A stretch of 64,000 nt of DNA, from the NCBI RefSeq assembly GCF_032062105.1, contig NW_026932784.1, positions 124,001-188,000 on the forward strand, given 5' to 3'. Shown in pieces: positions 49,936 to 63,830 of the stretch. Within the stretch, counting starts at the first letter, position 1. Every line of letters begins with the position of its first letter. Below the pieces are notes generated by a model. The model ran no database searches, was not told the DNA's origin, and was given only the letters and a program-made list of their open reading frames with translations. A program made the translations under genes and the position numbers. The DNA comes from Saccostrea cucullata (Eukaryota).

Positions 49936-52900
49936 TTATTTGTCATTAAATATGTCGAAGTATTTTAGTCTATTTGAATTTGAACCGGTTAAATTTTTCA
50001 TAAAAGGTAGGTTTGCTTGGTAATCAAATAGTTCAAAATCAAAGTGATAAAGTTCTGTATATTCCTTTATAATATCTTTAGATATTTGACTGAAAGCTTC
50101 GACTTTTGCTTCTACTCTCTGCTCTTTTAGCTTTGTACGATTTTGTATAGATTGGATGATATTAGTAATTTTATCAACCACTTCGGGTTTTGAGACGTTT
50201 TTCGCTCTTTCTGATGTGAACGGCATTTTTACTTCTATTGGTATTATGCCTCGAATCTGAAGATCTCGCCAGAACCTCAGTAGTGATGTATGGAATGGTT
50301 CACATGATTCTGTTTTTGTCCTGAAGGCAAAGACTCGTGCTAGCTGATTTTTAGCTATACTCAAATCAGATTCCTTTTCAAAATCTTCAAATGAAAGTTC
50401 AACATCAAAAGCTGAATTAAAAGAATCCAGTAAAAATGTCACATCCTCTCGAAATGTTTCCATTTTTCCGATGAAATCATAATTGATATTACACGGAAAA
50501 CAATGTTCGTGCATAGGGAAGAAATGTCTGTCCCGGAATTGTAATGATTTCTGAGAGATGATCAGGTATTTCATGAACTCTGGAAATGTAATATCGTGAC
50601 CACATTTCAATGATAATTCACTAGCGTTTGATCCTCTAACCATTCGCACAACATGTCGTCCAGTAATCTTCCAATAAACCGGATTTGGCGCGAACAGTTT
50701 GTCTACGTATCCAGAGAGGGCTCGCCCAAATGGCTCTCGAACAAACATAAACTTTGGTGATTTTGCCAGACAATCAATGAAATCATCCGATCTACCATGG
50801 AGGATACTTTTACCTTGCAAAACTCGATGCTCTATTCCAGAAAATAGTCTTTTCATTGTTTTTCGGAGAAAAGTAGACCCCACTTTTTGTATTCGACAAT
50901 ATAAGAATCCTAGAGGGTCATAAAATGCTATGTTATTGTTCAGTTTGTTGAAGAATAACCTGGAGGTTTGGTTTGTGTGAAATCGATTACAGCTGTTCCT
51001 TACTTTCTCTCTGCGTTGCTTCTGGACAAAATTCATTTCAGTTTGAAATATCTAAAAAGATTTAAAAATAAGATCAATGAACATGAGAAACAAATTTCAA
51101 AAAGAAAGAAAGAATAATTACTATTTAGATTTTCAATAGAGTTAAGGCGTTTTATTCTAAATTTTCGGTGATAAAACGGACTTTGACCAAGATATGCTTC
51201 TAAGACAAAGCCGTCTCCTGATTTTTCAATAGCATATTGCTATTGAAGATACATGGGTTTTCTAAATTATTTAATAAATGTGCATTTCTAGGAACGGGAT
51301 AAAGTATTTGAATTTTAAAAGAAAATAAAGAGACTGTTAATTTTGAAGTGTTAACTTCATTTGCGACAATATCACGCCATAAGCTACGGAGTGCTAAATT
51401 TTGGTTTTCTCTGTTTTTCAGAACTTCGGAATAATTCTACTTGATACATTTATGAAAAAAATTAAAATTGCACGCAAATTTGTGTAGCTGTATTCATTAC
51501 ATTCATAGGAAACACGAAAAATTAATTATCAATTCTGACCTACTACATGTACAGCTGTAGTATTTTAAAATGTTGAAAAAAAAATAAACTTACTATAAAC
51601 CTAGCTCCAGCAAGTTTATTTAGTCGACATAAATATTTTTGACAAAATGTTTGCATAATTAATACTTTTACATGTACGTACATGTGTATTTTACAAAGAA
51701 AAGTAATTTTATTTAACTTTTTGCTGTGTTATTATGTTTTGTAAGTACGAGTATTTGCCTCTAATCCTAAAATATTCAAAGTGCAATTAAATTATTTTGC
51801 AAAACTATTTCATAGCATAACTGCGAGTGGAAACATTTGTTAAAACTAAATAAAGGATAAACAATTGTCGGAATAAAGAATCTTGAGTATTAATTGGTTT
51901 ATAATTGTTTCATTTTATACCATGCATTTGTAATACTCTAAAGGCTGCATTTATATATAAAGGCTATTTTGACTCTGCAATTTGTACTTTTCCTGGCATT
52001 TGAATGCAATAAATTACATTTATACATTTCAAATTTGAATGAATCTACTAAAATTATTTTAAAATAGATTCAGTAATTGGTAAATGTAATTTAGTGATTC
52101 ATGTATTTCTAGCCTTTTTACATACTTAAACTTCTTCCCACAATTGGAACACAACTGAGACATCTTTATATAACCAGGGACCTATATATAGGTCTCTGAT
52201 ATAATCTGTAGGCTTTTGATCCTTGCTTTCAGTTGTATGTTTAGAAACTATATGATATAGGGGGGAAAAAAGAAAATCAACAAATAAATAAAAAAAAATT
52301 GAAAAAAATGACAGTTTTTGCAGATCCGTATGTATACAAAACTTTACCTTTCTAACATTACATGTAATTAAAATAATTCAAATTATAAAAGAGTCTCTTT
52401 TGCAATTTATTACATTTAAAATTACATACATTTGTAGGAAAGGTGGAACACGGATTGTCCTCAAAAGTATCGTCATTATCGTCGGTTTGATAAATATTTT
52501 CATCGTCATCATCTTCGTCATCATCAGTTTCATCAAAATATTCTGATTGAGTCAATGATGTAGCAGGAACATCATCATATTTATAGAGAACAAATAAGTT
52601 CTCTGATGAAAGAAACAAAAAAACAAGCTGAAACGTTGAGTTATTGTGTTAAATATGCAGAACTTCGGAAAAAATGTGAAGAAATTCAGGTGCGTCCTTT
52701 GAGTGTTACCAGTGTTTTATTCCTATGTAAACTGAAGAAAGAAATATTTGGAAGATTAAAAAATTAAATGACATTATTAAATAAATTTTATTTAACTTTT
52801 TTCCCATTTTTTTCTTCTCTTATGCAAAGATTACTCTAAATGACAGAAATATTATAAAGATTTAAAGAATTTCACTTACTTGAAACATGCAAACTTCCAG

Positions 52901-52955
52901 CTAGGAATAAAAATAAAATAATCCATATTAAAAATCTGGGAAATCTTTTGTACAT
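49936..52955 (-). CDS. Carbohydrate sulfotransferase, CHST8-14/HNK-1ST (Sulfotransfer_2) family, CHST11-like, copy 1 (~454 aa); exons 52880-52955, 52430-52602, 49936-51051
   Basis: Signal anchor MYKRFPRFLIWIILFLFLAG and an Asp-rich stem. Catalytic motifs: 5'-PSB CRIQKVGSTF, 3'-PB FVREPFGRALSGY, HF.P...C.PC...YDFIGKMETF and LY..DFELFDY. Splice phases 1 and 0 fit. Confidence 0.93.
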
Positions 52956-53442
52956 AGTAAATCAAACTCAAAAATGTCACTTATATAGTGCCCTTATGGC
53001 TAGGTAGTTTAATATGAAAATTTTGTTACAGTTACCTGAAGGTCTTCTGTATTGATTGACAAAGATAAGAGGCAGTTCGATAACCAAATTTTATACTTGA
53101 ATCTGTAATCCTCTGAAAAGAAATGCGTTACGCACCTCAGCAATCGTATTATGACCTCAGAGCATATGTAGCGTCAATAAAACAAAATCACTCTAAACCG
53201 TCAATAACCTTGACCTTAAAGTGATCAGTTAACTTCTCCTCTATTCAGCAGCAAAAAATTGAAAAAATAATTTAAAATTGTCTTCCATATACCTTTACCA
53301 GCTCAACGTTTTTTTAAGAATTCCGTGACTTTGCAAAAAAAATTTGCGCAAATGTTGTGCCTGAATACCAAAACGATACCAGATGAAAGATAATTATGCA
53401 CTATAGCGTTTAACAAAAGACTAATCAAAGTTATTTTTTTAA

Positions 53443-53956
53443 AGGGACATGGACACAGTTTCAACTGATTTTTTAAAATCTAATTTTAATGTTTACAATT
53501 CCTAACCAAGGCCATTCTACTGATCAGCAAAAATTTGAACATCATTTGTTGATTTACAAAGGATATACAGAACTTGAAATTCTACATAATGTAAACAAGT
53601 CTCGTGTTTTGTTTTTGTTGGCATATTGAGAATATCACGTGCACATTTATAATTAAACCTGATTCAGCAAATTACTATAAACTGTCTAATCGTATTTATA
53701 AGTAAGTTCTTTATGAAAAAAATCTGCTTTGAACGAATATAACTTATTTTTTGTATTTTTAACTTATGTAAACAAAAACATGGCACGGGTCCTGTTTACA
53801 TAACAAAGGTTTGGAGCTCTATTTTGCCTTGTTTCTCGACAATAGAAATTAAAATTTTTGATGATCATTAGAAATACCTTAGTTAAATATTTTTAGACAT
53901 ATAACAATGGAAAAACAAATTCGAAAATTTTTATCTGCATCTGTGTTCATATCCCT
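53443..53956. mobile_element. Kolobok-like MITE (TTAA target, AGGGA..TCCCT ends)
   Basis: TTAA|AGGGACATGGACACAG and CTGTGTTCATATCCCT|TTTAA ends, with internal ATGTAAACAA/GTTTACAT repeats. Confidence 0.65.
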
Positions 53957-54985
53957 TTTAAAAGGCATTTTTTTTTTGTAAAAGGTATTTTAATTTCATT
54001 TGTAATTGGATTAAAAAATATCTATATCGTATAACCTGTACATGTGTTGCCCACGTCACAAAGACTAACGTCAAAAAAAGTATTAATCCGCTTGTCGTAA
54101 CATTTGAAATGTGCTCAATTCGAAGATTATTTTTGAAGGAGATATTGTCTTACATTCTAAGTTTCTTAATTAATGCTGTAAAATTAAATCATAAAATAAT
54201 GAATGAATTTAATAGCTACTACTCAAGTTATATTGGTATAATCTGAATTGGAACAATTTATGCCTTTTATAATATATAACCCGTATACAGTATATTATCC
54301 CTCGCTTGCTCTTAAGATAAAAAGGGGGAACAAAAAATAAATCAAATAAATTTAGTAATATACGATAATAATTTTTCCAAAGTATATACCTGAAAATTAT
54401 CCTTTTGGATCCACAAAACAGAATTCATTGTTTCAACTGGTATTTGTTCAAATACTCACTTGAAAATTTCCGTTAAAAAGTTATCGTATGGTCTCCTCTT
54501 AGTGAGACGGGCCGTGGGTTACCGAGATTGGTAAAATGACACATAACGTAAGGTAAAGCATATATTTCTGTCTACTTTTTTTTCAAAAGGTGTACAAAAT
54601 ATAAACAGGTGAATTCTTTTTCATCCTCAATTTAATGTAAACAGGCAAAATAAAATTACGCCTTCCGTGTGACAATACATATATGACTTTTTCAAAGCAG
54701 ACAAGTCTTATTTTACTTATATATATATTTTCCTCTCGTTATCAACAGCAAAATAATCTAAAGGATTAGAGTTGGGATCAGGTGCCATAGAGGAGTAAGC
54801 ATTCCATGTTGATCGGTCACAGCCGCCGAGTTTTCCTTAAAAAGTTAGAATGTCTTTGGTAATTCTTATATCCCCCTCGATAGATTCTAGTTTAAAATTG
54901 CTTTTTCAAACAATAATCAACAATCATTTGACTGTCCTCTTCCATAAAACCAGCAAGGCATCAACACATATTGACGAAATCAACA

Positions 54986-57900
54986 TTACAAGTCAAAAAT
55001 GTTAAAGTATTTGAACTTTTTAGAGGAAGGAGTTGTTCCGTTTCCAAGAAAACATGGGTTTTTAGGATAGCCAAAAAGCTCAAAATCAGCTCTATAAAGC
55101 TCAGTATATTCCTTTAAAATATCTCTAGGTATTTGACTGAAAGCTTCTAGTTTTGCTTCCAACCTCTGTTCTTCTAATTTTGTACGATTTTGTATCGATT
55201 GTATGATATCGGTAATTTTATCAATCACTTCTGATTTTGTGATTTTCTCTTCTGGTGATGTGAAAGGCATTTTGACTTCTAGAGGTATTATTCCTCGAAT
55301 CTGAAGATCTCGCCAGAATCGAAGAAGTGATTTATGAAATGGTTCACATAATTCCATTTCTTTTTTAAAATAGAATAGCTGATCGACATAATCTTGTGCG
55401 ATATTCCAATCAGATTTCTGTCCAAAATCATCATATGGCACTGCCACAGGAAATTGTGAACTTAAGTAATCCAATAAATGTGCAACGTCTTCACCAAATG
55501 TTTCCATTTTCCCAATAAAGTCATACTTTATACTGCAGGGAAAGCAATGCTCAGACATTGGATAAAAATGCCGATCACGGTCTCTTGATGTTTTTTGGGA
55601 GATAATCACGTATTTCATGAATTCTGGAAAAGTGACGTCATGTCCACAACTCAGTGATGAGTTACTGGCATTCCTTCCTCTCACAATCTTTACGATATGT
55701 CGTCCTGTTAACTTCCAGTAAAAAGGATTAGGAGCAAAAAGTTTGTCTACATATCCAGAGAGTGCTCTGCCATAGGGCTCACGAACAAACATGAATTTTG
55801 GCAATTTCGATAGACACTCTTTAAATTCCTGTGTTCGATTATGAAGGATACTTTCCCCTTGCAGAATTTCATATTCCAATCCAGCAAATAATGTTTTCAA
55901 TGTCTTTCGTAAAAAGGTAGATCCTACTTTCTGAATTCGGCAATACAAGAAACCAAGATTGTCATAAAACTGTATATTATTATTAAGCCTTTCAAGAAAA
56001 GACTGGGTTGTGTCATTTTGGTGAAAGTTGCTGCAGCCATTTCTAATTGTTTGTTGTCTTTCCCTCTGAACAAAATTCAAATTCTTTGATGTTTGAAACA
56101 TCTGAAATGTAAATAAAATCATGAGTATAAGAATTCGGTTAAGAAAAAGTATTTTGAATCAAATACCATGTTCATTTTCGCTTATTTGTTTGTATTATTT
56201 GTTTAATTCCTGAATTACTGTAAACGACAACGAATGGATCCTTACTCAGTAACCTTCTTTAAATTATTTCAATATAATGAATAGATTTGTATTCAACTAT
56301 ATTTTCCAACAAAAGGGGCATCAAAAGGGGATGATAAAAAGATATATAATGAATATAAATTACGAATTTCTCAATAATTTGAGGGAGAGAACTATCTTTG
56401 AGTCCTTTGAAATGTGCCATCTGCACCCATTTAATTAAATTTTCATAATTTTTTCATATTTTGCTTGAAACTTGTAGCATCTGGTGTCAAACATCTGTGA
56501 GTGATGTACACATCCTCAATCACATATCTTTTTCATACTCTGCATTCGTCAACTGATAAATGACACTTATGATCTGAAATATGTAAATAATTTTAATTTT
56601 GGAGGAAAAAACGTGATTGCATTTTTTAGGATCGCCGCCTTTCTAATTATATTTACAAAATTAATACTTATTTCAAACAAAAAAATGGGGTCAATATGCC
56701 GCTTATGGGTGCTATAATGGTACATTCAATATGACCTTTTTTGCACTGAAATTGTGTCCTAATATTATAAATCAAATATCTTCGAAGTTTTCCATATATT
56801 TTTATACAAATAGGTCATGGAAAAAAATATAACATAGAAAGGTTGAAATGATTTCGCGTAATCCATTACTAGTATCAGACCTTCTGCACTCATGAATGTA
56901 TTTTATAGTATCAAAAATTGAACAAGCTAGAAAATTATTTTTTATATTTTATATTTAATTAAAGGCTTACTCTTAAAGGCTTGCTAAATTTAATCAAATT
57001 GATCAATATTCAGAAAGAAAGTCAACAGTTCTATATTTGAATTTTTAGATATCATACTAAAAAAATGCTAATTTAATATTTAAATTGACTCATTATTTTA
57101 ACTGGACTTTTAGAATATAGTTACTATGTTTGTCATAATATAATGATAGAATTCATAAAAATTAATGTAAAAGATGTCTCAGAATCAGCACGAAAAATTT
57201 CACAGCAAAAATAGCTCTGTGTGCAAACAGCAAGGAAGAAAGGATTCTCATCATAATGTTTATTTACTGCACTACAAACAGGGAAAATTGAATCTTTTTC
57301 CTCTTAGAAACTTAATGCCCAAAAATATAGTTCTTGACTTAATCTTGTCTGAATGGCATATTTAATTTCTTTTTATTATTTAATATATCATATTTGAATT
57401 TGTAGAACTTAAATAAAATGCATAATTTTAGTAAGGAAGGTCCAGAATTAAAAAAAGCTCGGGATCAAACCTCCTTAAAGTTGCTTCTAATATGCATAGG
57501 AATAAGAAACCTATTATTGTCCTTAAAAGGTCGTTCTTGTGGCGTAGTGTTATGACATACATGTGTAACTAAGTCTAAAACTGAATTTTGAAAATATTTT
57601 TTTTCTTTTTCTATTAAAATTGGTTTTATTCTTTTTGAAAGAAATTTTAATTTTAAATCAATTCTGAGCAGAATATCATTTTAATATTCAACTAATTTTT
57701 TGACTTAAAGATTTGTCCTACACATGTACAATGGGAGTCCTTAGGTCGCAGTATTCGGTATGCTTACGTCAGTTTGAATCCCATTACGGAACATGCATCG
57801 AGACTAGTCTTTCTGAAGATATTAAGTATAAACCCAAATCTTGAAGGAATGTTAAACAAATAAATATCTTAGAAATTAACAAAATTAAAACTTGAATTTT

Positions 57901-59139
57901 TTTTTTAGTTATGCGATTAAATACCGGTAGGAAATTTAAGTTTCATTTATAATCAGACTTTTATTATTGCATGTCGATCAATTTGGTCAAACATCTTTTG
58001 TCTTTTGAGTTAACAGACCAGTTAGCGTTGATCCCTTCGTTGATGTTGATAGACAAGTAATAGTTTATGATGAAATTAAACACAGATTTAGAAATTAGCT
58101 TAATTCTTAAGTACTTTTATATACTAGTAGTCTTATCAACTAGGCTATAAATTTAACCCTTAATATTCTATTATTAAGGTAATTTTACTTTATAAACCAC
58201 CTACGATTTTCTGAAATTTGGAACATTTTTCTCTACCATCATCACCGTTTTCATCATCATTGCCTTTTTCATCATCATCGCTGTTTTCTTCCCCAAGATC
58301 ATCGCTGCTATCACTTTCCTGATTCTTGTAGTATTTAAGAGGGGAGGAAGATGTAACAGAACCTCCAGTGTGATTCAATCTATCATCGAAATACTCTGTT
58401 AAGACATAAAAATCAAAGTCAGATAAATTATTCTCTAAACATGCATTTCAATAACCATGGGAAAAAATCCACAGATATATTCCAACCATTTGAGAAAAAA
58501 TCATTTCACTTACGTATATTTTACACACTCGGTTAACAATCCTTTGTGTCATGATTATGATTAATCATAATCATGACACAAAGGATTGTTAACCGAGTCT
58601 TTAAAATATTGTATAAAACAATGTTTTGCTGACAAAAATATAGCCGTTTTTCCATTGATGATACTTTCGCTCGTGGAACAAATAAGGTTCATTAATATCA
58701 TTCTTGCTTTTACTCATTAATTATTTTTCAAAAGAAATTTATGATTCAATTAAAAATAACAAACGATTATAGCATAACTTAATTGCGGGCATAATTGGAC
58801 TAAAGATATTTCAACTTCTCAATTTCATAAAGGAATAATGGACGACCAACTTCTCAATTTCATAAAGGAATAATGGACATGTATTTTAATAGAGTAATCT
58901 CTCTTATCAGAGTATTGATGAACCTTAAACCCCAGTGATTTGGGTTTGAAATTAAGGAATTAATTATTTCGATTTAATATTCCTCTGTTTAATTTAACTT
59001 TAGGCGAATAAACATATCCCCATTATGATAAGAAGAAAAAATAAGATTGACGCCACTCACTTGATATTTGAACAATTCCCATAATGAATAAGAAAAAGAC
59101 AATTACGCAATACAAAATTCGATGACTTCGTCGAAACAT
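54986..59139 (-). CDS. Carbohydrate sulfotransferase CHST11-like, copy 2 (~461 aa); exons 59061-59139, 58205-58395, 54986-56101
   Basis: Signal anchor MFRRSHRILYCVIVFFLFIMGIV, acidic stem, the same PAPS-binding motifs, and the same intron phases and 1116-nt catalytic exon as copy 1. Confidence 0.93.
58527..58598. repeat. Perfect 72-bp spacerless palindrome
   Basis: ACTCGGTTAACAATCCTTTGTGTCATGATTATGATT|AATCATAATCATGACACAAAGGATTGTTAACCGAGT. Confidence 0.97.
58812..58878. repeat. Tandem duplication of a 32-bp unit (35-bp period)
   Basis: CAACTTCTCAATTTCATAAAGGAATAATGGAC occurs twice, separated by GAC. Confidence 0.9.
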
Positions 59140-59747
59140 TTTGACACAAGATCTGAAATCCAGATTAAAAGGTAGAAGTTGCACAATTTCACTCTCAAGG
59201 GGGAGGAATGGACAAATTCGTTAGTACATATACATGCAATTTTAGCATATCAATATATGGGTGTAAGGAAAACTTTTCTGTCATATGTTGACCTAGTCCC
59301 CTTCGATATCTGATATAATGAACTGCCTCTGGCTTATATATCTACAGCCATTCCACAGTTATTCTTTACAACATTGATTTGCTGCAATATGAAGTAAGAC
59401 GTTGTCTAGTTGCTCCATATATACTTTCCTTGTTAGTAGAATATCCTTCATGGCGATGTGACTTGTAAATGGAAATTCCCGAAAACAAGGAAATTGTTTG
59501 TTGGTTTATTTTAAGTCCCTTTCCAAAGAGATTGGCACTTTTGATGAAACCGTTTAACGAAAGACCCGTGTCACTGTAGGTACTTGCACGAAAAAGATCC
59601 CTCACGGCTCAAACGCTCTAAATGTCGAGTACTGGTATAATATTACAGCACTCCATGGTGAGTACTGGTGAAATAGTTTAGAAGGGACGTTAAACAATCG
59701 TCCATTTCCAGAATTTTTGACATGTTGCGATGCAAGCAGTTGCCAGT

Positions 59748-60082
59748 CATTGGCGTCGGAAGCAAATTAAAAGGGGGGGGCTAAGGGTGCAGGTGAACTT
59801 CAGTACTGAGATTTTTTCCAAACAGCACCACTTTCCCAATTTTAAACCTATATTGCAACGTGTCTGTGGAAAGAGGGGGTTAAACCTATGCAGCAATGTT
59901 GATTTGATTTGATTTGAACATATTTTATTATGTAAAATACATAATTGGATTGGGCAGCAGGCATAGCCTATATGAGCCCTCTCCATGCAGCAATGTTCAA
60001 TGTCTATACTAAGTCTGTCTTTGGAAAAAAAGGGGGGGGCTTAAACCCCCCCCCCCCCCCCAGCCCGGTTCCGACGCCTATG
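59748..60082. mobile_element. MITE with CATTGGCGTCGGAA / TTCCGACGCCTATG TIRs and 5-bp TSD CCAGT
   Basis: TIRs plus CCAGT at 59743-59747 and 60083-60087. Confidence 0.85.
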
Positions 60083-60379
60083 CCAGTGAAAGGATTTAAC
60101 AGTGCATGATTCCGGGTCTCCTTGAAATTATATACTACAACAGGGGATTTGGTTAAACATTGTCTTAACTGAAGTATCAGTGTCCGCTTTTCGCAACTTG
60201 GCGTTTGAACCATGCAGCGACGTTATTAGAAGGGTCATTTGACAAGACAAAATTTCCCGACTCTAAGTCGAAACACTGTAGATAAATGATTCCAGAAATT
60301 TGACATTTTGCTACTGCTTGAGCATTGCCCTGGTGTCTACGTACAGTATGGACGTAATCTACGGAATATTTGACCTCAG

Positions 60380-60730
60380 TTGAGATTGATCGATTGTTGT
60401 TTTCGTCCCATTCGAGAACTTTTCACTCATATACCGGTGAAGGACTTCAAATTGAGACCTTTACACAGCACATAGGGCCACTGAACCATATGAAAAGTGG
60501 GGGAACTGTATCGTTACCACGCCTGTCGTGACACGGACCTCGAATTGTAAGGTCTTATCCGAAGGACCCAAAACTTTCACTTCAAAGTGTACCGAGCGCA
60601 TGGCGAAGAAGTTACTACGTACATGTATTTTTTTTCATCAACTTAGATCAGTCGTGGCCGAGATTCGAACTCCAGGCCTTTCGATCATGGAGCGAGTGCT
60701 CTTCCGACTGAGATACCGTGACAGCGACCT
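60380..60730 (-). mobile_element. tRNA-derived SINE copy
   Basis: GATTGATC tail, TTTTCACTCATAT core and reverse B-box GAGATTCGAACTC. Confidence 0.7.
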
Positions 60731-61432
60731 CAATTTAGCATGGATCAAGTTACTATTTATTTATGTCGTCCGTCAAAAAAACGGCACCTTTTCGTTCTGA
60801 GAAAATGAATACCCCGCATTAGCGCAGTATGAAAGTTTTTCGGCATAAACAGGTGCTTGTACGACTGACATCAAAAAATTTAGTCATTCAATTCTTATAA
60901 ATAATTCGTCTTTTTTTCCTTCATACAAGTAAATTTCATTTATCTTTATCATAATTTAGAACCTTTTAGGACTTTTTTGATTAGTCTAATATTAAAGCTC
61001 CATGTAAAATAAACACGTTTTTTTTTTTATCAACTTTTTGACCGATTTCATTTTATGATTAGTCTTTGTATACCCCCTCACCCTCCTAAGAACCATTGAC
61101 ACCGTGGCACTTCCGTCATGGATTTTTCAGTTTTGGTTATTGCTAAATGCTTATGATGATAATTCTAACAGATTGAATAAAAAACAGCTTTGTCTCCCAT
61201 CAACAATATTTGTTTACATAATTTCAAGATAGTTATGGGATCCCCTGCAACTACAGGCCTATGTCCATTGTTCGTTTGCAGTTGTTCTATCCTAGAGCAG
61301 CTTACACATATCAGCTTGAACTAGTCTATTAAAACACATGAAATAAATTATTTTGTGAACATGTTTAATGAACAATTGCAGTGTGAATAGTATGTACAAA
61401 TATGTGGATGATTTTGATTGGCTGTCGATCAT

Positions 61433-63473
61433 CTATGTTCCAGTTCTCATTGGTGGAGAAACCAGAATAACCCCATCTCCTCTCACAAACAGCATTGGGA
61501 TGTTCCTCTTTGTAGTCTGAAAAATAAATAAACTGACATTACAAGAAATTAAAATTAACACTTGACAGGTATCTATATCTTGTGCTTTTGGTTTATACTG
61601 TTTTTACATATTTCAAAAATAATCAAATGATATATGCAATTATTAATCCATTATCTTTATTTAGTTGGTAGATAACAATTGATAGCTGATACATAACTAT
61701 TCAATTTTTGATAAAAAGGATTCACAGAAAACATTTATTTAAAATAAAACAGTCATGTAAAATGGTACATTTATTATTTCTTAGTCCCAGAGTTCATTGG
61801 ACATGCAGATTTTCAGACACAAATTTTAAGAAACTAACTTTGTATATTTCCTCGAATGTCTCTTCATCTATTTCTACTGTTGTGACAGTTTCCTCCACAT
61901 CTCCTAGAATCATGTTCAAGTGCTGATCATAGGCCTGTAAAGATATAAAACATTGAAATAATGATGCTCAATATAACCTAAATATTTAATAGATTAAATT
62001 TACTTTAATTCTATATCAATTTACTAGTACTTTAAATATGAAATTTTATTTTTTAAAATATTTCTTTGGAAATATATCTTCCCCCCCCCCCCCAAAAAAA
62101 AAAAAAAATTTTGGATTATATTTTTTTCATTGAATAAAAAAAGGAACAGAAAAACATATTAATTTTCAGTATGTTAATTTTTAAAACATAACATGCCTTC
62201 CTATTAAGTTACATAATTAATTTAATGAGAGAAAAAAAACCTGCATGGTTTCACTTACATTAAGCCTTCCTCTGAGCTCACGCTCATTTCTCATCTTCAC
62301 ATAAATTCTTTCATCCAGACTTAGACGAATCAGATCAAGGGGCTCCTCAACATTTTGTACTGGGGCTTGCTACCAAAAAATAAATATAAATCTTAATTAA
62401 CTTAATTAACTGGAATCTAAAACATATAATCCTAGCACAGACAGAAGCATGTGGTCCATGCATATTGCACAAATGTAGTATAAATTTATGCCAAAATAAT
62501 AAAAATTAATAACTTAATCAGTAACAATGAGGAAGGAAACTAACAGTGACCAATCTCATGAAAACTATGTGATGGTTTGGGCCATGCATGTATATCGGCT
62601 TGGAAAGCTTAGTCAGTGGAGCACCAGACTCTGACTTGTGATGCAGGGGTCATAGGTTCAAATCCTCATCTAGCCGCACATTCTCCCCTTTCTTTTTACT
62701 GAATTTGGTGCTGTTGACAACCTCTGGAATTGCAGGTGAAAGTCCTGTCTTGCACTAATAAAAACTTAGGTTGTGTCTAAGAGGGTGAAGACAATTTAAG
62801 GAGGGAGGAATGTTTAAATAAGGTTTGGGCCTTCGATATCCATTCTTGGTCAAATCATACATGTTCTCCTTTCCTATTTCACCTACTTACAATATCAATC
62901 TGTGAAGAGGGCAGAAAAACATGAACCCCAGGTTATTCCAGGGGTAGGACCAGGTGCCATATAGCAGTAAGCATCCCCTGTTGATTAGTATGACACCTCG
63001 GTATGTGCCCTTTGTATAGCGAAATAATCCAAAATTGTTAAATGAGTAACTGGATGGAGTTAATGTAATACTGTTCAGGAAAATATTTTGAAACAAATTA
63101 TATGAGATATGAATCTACCAAATCAGTCAGTCGAAATCACAAGCCAGGGACCAAAGACTATCCAAATGAACCTGCTGTAGAACCTGCTTCCTCAGTTTCA
63201 GGATGATTAGGTAAAAATTAATCCAATTCTGTCATATACATGCTCTTACACCACTACAGTTACACTTACAAAAATGACTATGAGAAGATTATTTTATTTT
63301 AACAAGACTTAACTTAAAATTTAACACTGTTTCACACAAACTGAGAATTATGTGTAAAATTAGAATTTTTATGCTATATTTTTATGCATAACCAACGATC
63401 CAAAATGATTAAACTGGGTGAGAGCACTAAAAAATAAAGCCAGAAAAAGCACCTGCTCCTGTTCATCCGCCAT
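61433..63473 (-). CDS. LSM3: U6 snRNA-associated Sm-like protein LSm3 (103 aa); exons 63453-63473, 62259-62369, 61839-61934, 61433-61516
   Basis: Spliced translation [103 protein letters not shown]. All introns are GT-AG phase 0. The ORF track missed this gene. Confidence 0.97.
62604..62870 (+). mobile_element. Degenerate tRNA-derived SINE in LSM3 intron 1
   Basis: AGCTTAGTCAGTGGAGCACC (A-box-like) and GGTTCAAATCC (B-box), with no intact cloverleaf. Confidence 0.55.
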
Positions 63474-63830
63474 ATTTCTTTCTGATTTCAACTGAGTAAA
63501 ATGTTATTTCGGACAAAATAGCATTTTTTGAAATACAAAAAAACAAATCTGTAGTAGAATGAGACTTGATCACAATTTTTTATCTACATTTGTTCACAAA
63601 TTGCGTCTTTTAAGCATTTAGTATTAAGAGTGTTCACGAATTTTTATTTTCACCAAATATATCCGAATATTAGAACTTCTTGTTCACCGGAGTGATTAAA
63701 ACCGGAAGTTTACATTTTAGGAATCGGCGTGGGAAAATTCGGCAGAGTCAAGAGTCTGAATCGCGCTAAAAGGGTTTTGAACGCAAAGGGTCTACCTTTG
63801 CTCTGCAATTTAAGGTGAAATTTTAAATCT
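63474..63830. promoter_or_regulatory. LSM3 promoter region, probably bidirectional
   Basis: ETS-type ACCGGAAGT at 63701-63709, YY1-like CCGCCATATT overlapping the LSM3 start, and local CpG enrichment. Confidence 0.5.

Noticed and set aside
62604-62680. Second tRNA gene
   Set aside because: A/B-box remnants only, with no acceptor or anticodon stem. Treated as a SINE head.
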